Source of the DNA: Chlamydiota bacterium
GTDB taxonomy: Bacteria > Auribacterota > Tritonobacteria > UBA1439
Assembly (NCBI GenBank): GCA_037133055.1
Contig: JBAXOY010000038.1
Location: 1-25,711, forward strand
DNA: 25,711 nucleotides
Direction of reading: 5' to 3'
The notes under the pieces were generated by a model, which saw nothing but the letters and a program-made list of their open reading frames with translations, was not told the DNA's origin and ran no database searches. Below, one piece after another: positions 11,478-18,551 of the stretch (its first letter is position 1; each line of letters starts with the position of its first letter). A program made the position numbers and the translations under genes.

Positions 11478-11999
11478 ATGCGAGAAGAGATGACCGACTC
11501 CACGGCAGCACTGGTCAAGGAAATCCTCGAGAAGTTCATGGAGCTTCTCTCGATTCCGGGCACCGTCTCGTGCAGTTATGACGGGACGATGGTTTCCGCG
11601 GAGGTGACTGTCCGGGACCCGGGACAGCTCATAGGCCAGGGGGGACGCGGGCTGGAAGCCCTGCAGTATCTCGTCCAGAGACTCGCCGGCAGGGCGATCG
11701 TTGAAGGGGAACTCACGCCCATCGTGGTGGATGTAGACGGCTACAGGAAAAAGAGGGAGGAGGAACTCTCTCTCATGGCGAAGGAAATCGCCGTGCGGGT
11801 CAGCGGCAGCGGGAGGTCCGTGCTGCTGCAGCCGATGACGGCCTGGGAGAGAAAGATCGTCCACATGGCGGTGCGGGATGAGGACGGGCTCGAGACCGAA
11901 AGCGAAGACAGCGAAACGGGCCGCCGCGTCCGCATCAGGTCGAAGGCGCAGACCCTCTCAGACAAATCGGGACACGGTTCAACCGCTCCCGAAGACTGA
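11478..11999 (+). CDS. jag: Jag/KhpB (EloR) RNA-binding protein, KH + R3H domains
   Basis: LIGQGGRGLEALQYL (KH), VDVDGYR, LQPMTAWERKIVH (R3H); follows yidC. Confidence 0.88.
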   Translation: MREEMTDSTAALVKEILEKFMELLSIPGTVSCSYDGTMVSAEVTVRDPGQLIGQGGRGLEALQYLVQRLAGRAIVEGELTPIVVDVDGYRKKREEELSLMAKEIAVRVSGSGRSVLLQPMTAWERKIVHMAVRDEDGLETESEDSETGRRVRIRSKAQTLSDKSGHGSTAPED

Positions 12000-12035
12000 G
12001 CATTCCCCTCCCCTCTTTTATACTGCTCTCATCCT

Positions 12036-13427
12036 ATGAAAAGCATCCTTGCAGACAACATCGTCGCGATTTCCACTCCGCCCGGAAAGGGTGCAATCGG
12101 CATCGTGAGGTTGAGCGGGCCGCATGCGATCAGGATAGCCGGGTTTCTCCTCGGGGGCGGAGCCGGAAAGCCCCTCGATGCGCGCGCGACGCATACCCTG
12201 CAGCGCGCGCAGCTTGCGCATGACGGCGTTTACCTGGATGACGCGCTCGTCGCGGTGATGAAGAGTCCGCGGAGCTACACGGGAGAGGATATGGTCGAGT
12301 TTCACTGCCACGGGAATCCGCTCGTGCTGGCTGGGGTTGTGGGAGCCTGCCTGAAAGAGGGCGCGCGCGGAGCCCTTCCGGGCGAGTTTACCAGACGCGC
12401 ATTCCTCAACGGGAAGATCGATCTCTCGCAGGCGGAGGCGGTGGCGGGGATCATCGAGGCGTCGAGCGGCAGGGCGCTCGAGCTCTCGATGCGCCAGGCG
12501 GGAGGCGAACTGAGCCGGAGGGTCGCACGGCTCATGGCAGGGCTGCTGGACATCCGCGCCGAAATCGAGGCGCGCCTAGAATTTCCCGAGGAGGAGATCG
12601 AGGATGATTCCGGGGAGGGGCATTCGTTCGCCCTGTTGCGCGCGGCGGTGGAATGCAGGGCCCTCATAACGGCACAGACGGAGGGCATGCGTATCCGGGA
12701 TGGGGTCAGGGTGGCGATCATCGGCAAGCCGAATGCGGGGAAATCGAGCATCTTCAACCGGCTGCTCAGGGCCGAAAGGGCGATCGTCACGCCGGAGAAG
12801 GGCACCACACGGGACTCGATAGAGGAAACCGTGATGCTGGACGGGATGGCGGTCACGCTCGTGGATACCGCGGGGATCTGCCGCGACCACGGGGATGAGG
12901 CGGGGAAGGCGGGCGTCGCCAGGAGCATGGCGGCCGTGGACCTGGCGGACTTTCTCCTGTTTATCGCCGACGCATCAGTTCCATGGTCGGGAGAGGACCA
13001 CGAAATCACCGCCCGATCAAAGGGGAAGAGGGGTCTGCTCGTGCTGAACAAGGCGGATCTCCCCCGGCGCATGGAGCTGGAAGATCGCCCCGGAGAGCTC
13101 TCGGCGTGGAAGGCGTTGTGGGTCTCCGCGATGCGAGGGGATGGGATTGAAGACATAAAGAAGTATATAATAGGATATAATAATACTTTATATGGTGAAT
13201 CGGCGGAGGAATCGGCAATAGTATGCTCCGCTCAGCAATCAGATGCGCTTCACCGATGCGATGACGGCATCCAATCTGCTCTGGAACTTTCAAAGCAGGG
13301 CGGGCAGGAAGAGCTCGTCTCCATGGAACTAAAGAAGGCCCTCGATGCTCTCGAAGCCATCACCGGAGAGAACGCGGATGAGGAACTGCTGGATAGAATT
13401 TTCTCGCGGTTTTGCATCGGAAAGTGA
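12036..13427 (+). CDS. mnmE: tRNA modification GTPase MnmE
   Basis: IVAISTPPG, PRSYTGEDMVEFHCHG, GKPNAGKSS, GTTRD, DTAG, NKAD and C-terminal FSRFCIGK. Confidence 0.98.
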   Translation: MKSILADNIVAISTPPGKGAIGIVRLSGPHAIRIAGFLLGGGAGKPLDARATHTLQRAQLAHDGVYLDDALVAVMKSPRSYTGEDMVEFHCHGNPLVLAGVVGACLKEGARGALPGEFTRRAFLNGKIDLSQAEAVAGIIEASSGRALELSMRQAGGELSRRVARLMAGLLDIRAEIEARLEFPEEEIEDDSGEGHSFALLRAAVECRALITAQTEGMRIRDGVRVAIIGKPNAGKSSIFNRLLRAERAIVTPEKGTTRDSIEETVMLDGMAVTLVDTAGICRDHGDEAGKAGVARSMAAVDLADFLLFIADASVPWSGEDHEITARSKGKRGLLVLNKADLPRRMELEDRPGELSAWKALWVSAMRGDGIEDIKKYIIGYNNTLYGESAEESAIVCSAQQSDALHRCDDGIQSALELSKQGGQEELVSMELKKALDALEAITGENADEELLDRIFSRFCIGK

Positions 13428-13430
13428 TTC

Positions 13431-15266
13431 ATGCACACGTATATCTACCCCAAGACGTATGACTGCATAGTGATCGGTGGCGGGCATGCCGGTTGTGAAG
13501 CGGCGCTTGCGGCCGCGCGCATGGGATGCAGCGTGCTCATGCTCACGGGAAATCTTGACGCGATCGCAAGGATGTCCTGCAACCCGGCGATTGGTGGCAT
13601 TGCAAAGGGACATCTTGTTCGTGAAATAGATGCCCTTGGCGGGGAGATGGGGAAGAATACAGACGTAACGGGTATCCAGTTCAAGGTGTTGAATCGCAAA
13701 AAGGGTCCCGCAGTGTGGTCCTCAAGGGCTCAGGCTGATAAACTTGCCTACAGTGCACGGATGAAGCGGGTTCTTGAGGAGCAGGCGGGACTGGACCTCA
13801 AACAGGAAATGGCAGCGAGGATAATGACGGCGGACGGCTCAGCAAACACGGTGGAATGCCTGACTGGAAATACATATCACTCAGCAGCAGTGATAGTTGC
13901 AACAGGAACATTCCTCAATGGTCTAATTCACATCGGCGAATCGAGTTTCAGCGCAGGAAGAGCAGGCGAATCAGCGGCAGTCGAGCTTGCGGCAAGCTTG
14001 CAAGGGCTCGGATTCCAGATGGGGAGATTGAAGACCGGCACCCCTCCAAGACTGAACGCGAAGGGAATCGATGTGAGCGGGATGGTGAGGCAGGACGGGG
14101 ATACCGTTCCCCTACCCTTCTCGTTCAGTTCTGGTAAACTGAACATCGACCAGGTGCCGTGCTACATAACCCACACCACTGAATCCACGGTAAAGATAAT
14201 CCGGGACAATCTCCATAGATCGCCGCTCTACGGGGGAAGGATAAAAGGGACCGGTGTGAGGTATTGCCCATCGATAGAGGACAAAGTGGTCAGGTTCCCG
14301 GACAAGCCCTCGCACCAGATCTTCATTGAGCCGGAGGGGCGTCATACCGCGGAAGTGTACCTGAACGGGGTATCCACAAGTCTCCCCTACGAGGTGCAGG
14401 TGGCGGTAGTGCGTTCGATAGAAGGCCTCGAGAGAGCCGAGATCATGCGCCCTGGCTACGCGGTCGAATATGACTATGTCCTCCCGACACAGCTTTATCC
14501 GACCCTCGAGACGAAATCGGTGCGGAATATTTTTCTCGCGGGCCAGATCAATGGAACATCCGGGTATGAAGAGGCAGCCGCGCAAGGGATAATGGCCGGG
14601 ATCAATGCCGCGCTCAGAGTCAAGGGCCGAGAGGCGTTTGTCCTTGATAGGTCCGAAGCCTATATCGGCGTCCTCATTGACGACCTTGTGACAAAAGGCA
14701 CAAACGAGCCATACAGGATGTTCACTTCAAGGGCCGAGTACCGCCTGTTCCTGAGGCAGGATAATGCGGATATACGGTTGATGCCTTGCGGCCGCACACT
14801 CGGACTCATTTCCGACGCGCAGATTGCGAAGCTCGATCGGAAGAAGGACCTCATCCGGGAAGGGCTCCACAACCTTGCGGAACTGAGATCGGAGAACATG
14901 ACGGCGGAGCAACTTCTGCGGCGCCCTGAAATGAGTTGGGCGGATCTCCCGCGCCTGGGCATAACGGGCCTTCCCGATTACGATGCGGAAGTAATCGAGC
15001 AGATCGAGAGCGAGGTGAAATATGCCGGCTATTTGAAAAGGCAGCTCGAGGATATCGAAAGATTCAGAAAGATGGAATCGCTGAAGATCCCCGGGCCGAT
15101 CGATTACTCACTGATGCACGGTTTGAAAAAAGAAGCCCGTGAAAAACTCCAGAAGATCAGGCCTGTATCCCTTGGCCAGGCTGCGAGGATTTCCGGGATC
15201 ACGCCTGCCGATGTCTCAATTCTTATGATATTCCTCGCCAGGGAAAGCAGGCTCCATCCGCAGTGA
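13431..15266 (+). CDS. mnmG: tRNA uridine-5-carboxymethylaminomethyl modification enzyme MnmG (GidA)
   Basis: VIGGGHAGCEAA, MSCNPAIGG, RLKTGTPPR, RYCPSIEDK, GQINGTSGYEEAAAQG and YRMFTSRAEYRL motifs. Confidence 0.98.
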   Translation: MHTYIYPKTYDCIVIGGGHAGCEAALAAARMGCSVLMLTGNLDAIARMSCNPAIGGIAKGHLVREIDALGGEMGKNTDVTGIQFKVLNRKKGPAVWSSRAQADKLAYSARMKRVLEEQAGLDLKQEMAARIMTADGSANTVECLTGNTYHSAAVIVATGTFLNGLIHIGESSFSAGRAGESAAVELAASLQGLGFQMGRLKTGTPPRLNAKGIDVSGMVRQDGDTVPLPFSFSSGKLNIDQVPCYITHTTESTVKIIRDNLHRSPLYGGRIKGTGVRYCPSIEDKVVRFPDKPSHQIFIEPEGRHTAEVYLNGVSTSLPYEVQVAVVRSIEGLERAEIMRPGYAVEYDYVLPTQLYPTLETKSVRNIFLAGQINGTSGYEEAAAQGIMAGINAALRVKGREAFVLDRSEAYIGVLIDDLVTKGTNEPYRMFTSRAEYRLFLRQDNADIRLMPCGRTLGLISDAQIAKLDRKKDLIREGLHNLAELRSENMTAEQLLRRPEMSWADLPRLGITGLPDYDAEVIEQIESEVKYAGYLKRQLEDIERFRKMESLKIPGPIDYSLMHGLKKEAREKLQKIRPVSLGQAARISGITPADVSILMIFLARESRLHPQ

Positions 15267-15269
15267 GGA

Positions 15270-15285
15270 TGTTCCACGTGGAACA
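15270..15285. promoter_or_regulatory. parS: parS centromere site 1
   Basis: Perfect palindrome TGTTCCACGTGGAACA fitting the chromosomal parS consensus TGTTNCACGTGNAACA, upstream of parAB. Confidence 0.92.
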
Positions 15286-15317
15286 TTTTTTCCCGCCTCC
15301 CCTACCGCCTCGCCCGA

Positions 15318-15333
15318 TGTTCCACGTGGAACA
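15318..15333. promoter_or_regulatory. parS: parS centromere site 2
   Basis: Identical TGTTCCACGTGGAACA 48 bp downstream of site 1. Confidence 0.92.
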
Positions 15334-15360
15334 TTTGGGCCGGAATACTACTCCTTTTTC

Positions 15361-15551
15361 GTAACTGCTCAGGATCCAGAATTCAGGAGTCAGAAGTCAG
15401 GAGTTGGAATAAGGACGCCCGCAGCGACATTTGAGGACCTGGGACACGGCGGGGTTTCCGAGTTAATTCAGTAAGCTACTGGAAGTGTATGCGCGATTCC
15501 ATTCTGGATTCTGGATTCCGGCTCCTGGCTTCTGACTACCAGAGTAGTTAC
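15361..15551. mobile_element. 191-bp MITE-like insertion with TIRs and 8-bp target-site duplication
   Basis: TIRs GTAACTGCTCAGG (15361-15373) and CCAGAGTAGTTAC (15539-15551), 11/13 match. Flanked by direct repeat CCTTTTTC (15353-15360 and 15552-15559). Sub-terminal IR 15388-15410 / 15515-15537 (20/23) is built from heptamers. Confidence 0.8.
15409..15520 (+). pseudogene. Internally deleted four-helix-bundle (23S rRNA IVP-like) gene remnant inside the MITE
   Basis: Reads (I)RTPAATFEDL-GHGGVSELI, then in shifted frames SKLLEVYAR / SILDSGF. These resemble the family N-terminus (PAKSFEDL) and C-terminus (DLGYG...SKLLEAY..SIL) as I recall them. GGAG SD lies before a degenerate ATA start. Confidence 0.55.
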
Positions 15552-15601
15552 CCTTTTTCGTCCTTCAGATTTCAGTTTAGATCCAACGCGCAACGTGCTT
15601 T

Positions 15602-15640
15602 TCCACCTCCCTCCTTGAGGGGAAGGGTCGGGGTGGAGGG
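15602..15640. repeat. Pyrimidine/purine-rich REP-like hairpin
   Basis: CCACCTCCCTCC-TTGA-GGGGAAGGGTCGGGGTGG, an imperfect stem-loop of the CCCTCTCCC..GGGAGAGGG type. Confidence 0.3.
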
Positions 15641-15686
15641 TGAACATACACCGTGCGTGACGCGGTTATAAAATAGAAAAAACATA

Positions 15687-15714
15687 TTGACATAATAATG
15701 TTGTTATATATAAT
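15687..15714 (+). promoter_or_regulatory. Sigma70-type promoter for parAB
   Basis: TTGACA (15687-15692), 16-bp spacer, TATAAT (15709-15714), with an A-rich UP-like tract upstream. Confidence 0.75.
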
Positions 15715-15738
15715 CATGCAAATGATGGAGAACATTCC

Positions 15739-16638
15739 ATGGGAAAAATCATAACCATCGCGAATCAGAAGGGTGGGGTAGGGAAGACGACGACGGCGAT
15801 CAACCTTGCCGCCTGTCTCGGCAAACTCGGTAAAAAGATCCTGCTCGTCGATGTCGACCCCCAGAGCAACGCGACAAGCGGGCTCGGTGTGGACAAGAAC
15901 GAAAACGGACACGGGATCTACGAGTGCATGCTCGGACAGGAAAATGCCGGGAATGCGGTCAGGGCGCTGCCGTGGGAGAACCTGAGCCTGCTTCCCGCGA
16001 AGAGAAATCTCGCGGGAGCCGAGATAGAGCTGATAGGGATGGAGCGAAGGGAATATTTCCTATCTAATTGCATAAGAACCAGTAAAGACAATTTCGACTT
16101 CGTATTCATAGACTGTCCACCGTCCCTCGGGCTCCTTACCGTGAATGCACTCACCGCCGCTGATTCGGTGTTAATGCCCATACAAAGCGAGTACTACGCG
16201 CTCGAAGGGCTCGGGCAGCTCCTCGAGACATACAACCTGGTGAGGCAGCGGCTGAACCCGCTCCTCGCGCTGGAGGGAATCCTGCTCACGATGGCGGACC
16301 TCAGGACGAATCTTTCCGAGCAGGTCGAACACGAAGTGAGAACGCATTTCGGCGACCTCGTGTTCAAGACGGTGATCGGGAGAAACGTGAGACTTAGCGA
16401 GGCGCCGGGGTTCGGGAAGCCGATCATCGAGTATGACGCCGCATCGGCCGGAGCACAGGCGTACCTGCGCCTTGCAAAAGAATTCCTCGAGAGGCACGGG
16501 ACGCCCGTTCATGGAGAGAATGCGGAAACCAGCCGTGATGCCGCGGCGCCAGGCACGGATTCGACTGCGACGGGAGACCGGACACTCGGACCCGGCGGAG
16601 CTCCGATGACAGGAAAGGATGGCGGACACAATGGCTAA
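15739..16638 (+). CDS. parA: Chromosome partitioning ATPase ParA/Soj
   Basis: ANQKGGVGKTTT, DVDPQSNAT, IDCPPSLGLLT, QSEYYALEG and RNVRLSEAP motifs. Confidence 0.97.
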   Translation: MGKIITIANQKGGVGKTTTAINLAACLGKLGKKILLVDVDPQSNATSGLGVDKNENGHGIYECMLGQENAGNAVRALPWENLSLLPAKRNLAGAEIELIGMERREYFLSNCIRTSKDNFDFVFIDCPPSLGLLTVNALTAADSVLMPIQSEYYALEGLGQLLETYNLVRQRLNPLLALEGILLTMADLRTNLSEQVEHEVRTHFGDLVFKTVIGRNVRLSEAPGFGKPIIEYDAASAGAQAYLRLAKEFLERHGTPVHGENAETSRDAAAPGTDSTATGDRTLGPGGAPMTGKDGGHNG

Positions 16639-17482
16639 GCTCGCACTCGGCAGAGGCTTGAGCGCGTTGATCCCGGAGACGGTGACCGCGCGCGAACGCG
16701 AGGTCGTCGAGATCGACATCGCACGCGTGAGACCAGGTAAATACCAGCCGCGCCTGGAATTCGACAAGGAGCGGCTCCAGGAGCTCGTCGAATCCATCAA
16801 GGAGAAGGGCGTGGTGCAGCCGGTCATCGTGAGGCCGGTCGGCGGCGAGTTCGAGCTCATCGCGGGAGAGCGGCGCCTTCGCGCGGCGAAATCGCTCGGC
16901 ATGAGCAGTGTCCCGGCGATCGTGAAAAACGTGGACGACGAGCAGGCGCTCGAGCTCGCCATCGTGGAGAACGTGCAGCGCGAAAACCTGAACCCGATCG
17001 AAGAGGCGCGGGCGTACCGCACCCTCAACGACGCGTTCGCCCTGACGCAGGACGACATCGCGAAGAAGGTGGGCAAGAGCCGCGCCGCCGTGACGAACGC
17101 GATGAGGCTCCTCAAGCTGCCGGAGGATATCCAGGACGACATCTCCGGCGGCAGAATCACGGCGGGTCACGCGAAGGTGCTGCTGATGATGGACGAGGGG
17201 CGGCAGCAGCAGAATCTCAGGGATCTCGTCGTGGCCCGGGGGATGTCGGTGCGCGAACTTGAGCGCTGCATCGAAAGGATGAAGGCTGTCCCCGCGCACA
17301 GGAGAAAGGCCTCGCTCCAGAAGTCGGCAGATCTATTGAAGATCGAGGAGAATCTCCGGGGCGCGATCGGGACGCAGGTGCGCATCGTGCCGGGGAAGAG
17401 GAAGGGGAGGATAGAGATAGAGTACTACTCCCAGGAGGACCTCGAGCGGATCCTCGAGATGCTGATGCCGGGCTTGCTCTGA
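16619..17482 (+). CDS. parB: Chromosome partitioning protein ParB/Spo0J
   Basis: LGRGLSALIP, YQPR, IAGERRLRA (CTPase box), ENVQRENLNPIEEA and HTH GKSRAAVTN. Start 16619 or 16631. Confidence 0.97.
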   Translation: MADTMAKLALGRGLSALIPETVTAREREVVEIDIARVRPGKYQPRLEFDKERLQELVESIKEKGVVQPVIVRPVGGEFELIAGERRLRAAKSLGMSSVPAIVKNVDDEQALELAIVENVQRENLNPIEEARAYRTLNDAFALTQDDIAKKVGKSRAAVTNAMRLLKLPEDIQDDISGGRITAGHAKVLLMMDEGRQQQNLRDLVVARGMSVRELERCIERMKAVPAHRRKASLQKSADLLKIEENLRGAIGTQVRIVPGKRKGRIEIEYYSQEDLERILEMLMPGLL

Positions 17483-17564
17483 TACTAGTGGAAGAAGATT
17501 TATCAGGGGCAAGAAAAGATTCCGGGGCCACAACATCATTCGTAGAGTAGGGGAGGGGAGTGCA

Positions 17565-18389
17565 GTGCCGAACGGGACGCTCTACCTCGTCGCGACGCCG
17601 ATCGGCAATCTTGAGGACATCACGCTCCGCGCGATCCGAGTGCTCGGCGAAACGGACGTCATCGCGTGCGAGGACACGCGCCACACGATGCCCCTCCTTG
17701 CGCGCCACGGGATAAAGAAGAAACTCGTCAGCTATTTCGGCGCCAGGGAAAAAGATAAGGCGCGGGAACTGGTCGAGTATCTCCGCGAGGGGAAAAGCGT
17801 TGCGCTGGTCTCGGACGCCGGGATGCCGGGCATCTCCGACCCCGGCGCGCTGGTCGTGCGGCAGGCGATAGGGGAGGGGTTCGAGGTGATCCCCGTGCCG
17901 GGGCCCACCGCGCTGGCCGCGGCGCTCGCGGCGTCGGGAATGGACACGGCGCGCTTTTCCTTTGAGGGATTCCTTCCGAAGGGAACACACGAGCGGCGCG
18001 CGCGCCTTGTCGAGCTCGCGGGCGACACGAGGACGCTGGTCTTCTACGAATCGCCGCGGCGGCTGGTGGAGACACTCCGCGAGATGCTCCTCGCAATGGG
18101 CGACAGGGACGCGGCGGTCGCACGCGAACTCACAAAGATCCACGAGGAGTTTATCCGCGGTACAATCTCGGAAATACTCAAGGGAGTGGGGGAGGGGGAG
18201 GTCAGGGGCGAGGTGGTCATCGTCCTCGCCGGAGCGAAGGGAGAGATCGACTGGGGGAAGGTCGATCTCCCCGCCTACGTGAAATACCTCGAAGAGAAAA
18301 TGGGCATCGACCGGAAAAGCGCCCTCAAGCTCGCCGCGCAGTTGAGCGGCATCGCGAAGAGCGCGCTGTACAAGGCGGTGAAGATGTAA
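17565..18389 (+). CDS. rsmI: 16S rRNA (cytidine1402-2'-O)-methyltransferase
   Basis: LYLVATPIGNLEDITLRA, ACEDTRHT, VSDAGMPGISDPG, FYESPRR and ARELTKIHEEF motifs. Confidence 0.97.
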   Translation: MPNGTLYLVATPIGNLEDITLRAIRVLGETDVIACEDTRHTMPLLARHGIKKKLVSYFGAREKDKARELVEYLREGKSVALVSDAGMPGISDPGALVVRQAIGEGFEVIPVPGPTALAAALAASGMDTARFSFEGFLPKGTHERRARLVELAGDTRTLVFYESPRRLVETLREMLLAMGDRDAAVARELTKIHEEFIRGTISEILKGVGEGEVRGEVVIVLAGAKGEIDWGKVDLPAYVKYLEEKMGIDRKSALKLAAQLSGIAKSALYKAVKM

Positions 18390-18551
18390 TTCGGCGATGT
18401 ACCGGAGGGTGTGCCTTAACAATGGCGGAACACGTTCCGTGACGAGATGGGCGAAGGTAAGATTCCGCGGATGTATGTTGGCATTCTATTGTAGTTGAAT
18501 AATTATTAGATTATGAACGAATCAAAAGATGAGAAGGTCACGGGGTGTAAC

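Noticed and set aside
15270..15333. Two identical repeats with a ~30-bp spacer as a mini CRISPR array
   Set aside because: The repeats are parS palindromes next to parAB; only two copies and no cas genes.
15409..15520. Diversity-generating retroelement (Avd-like remnant)
   Set aside because: No reverse transcriptase or TR/VR pair in the window.
16171..18422. Minus-strand ORFs 16171-17160, 16424-17299 and 17217-18422
   Set aside because: Antisense shadows of parA, parB and rsmI.
18390..18550. Integrase, tRNA or att site at the island boundary
   Set aside because: No tRNA fold, direct repeat or recombinase visible; only an AT-rich probable promoter region without a clear consensus.
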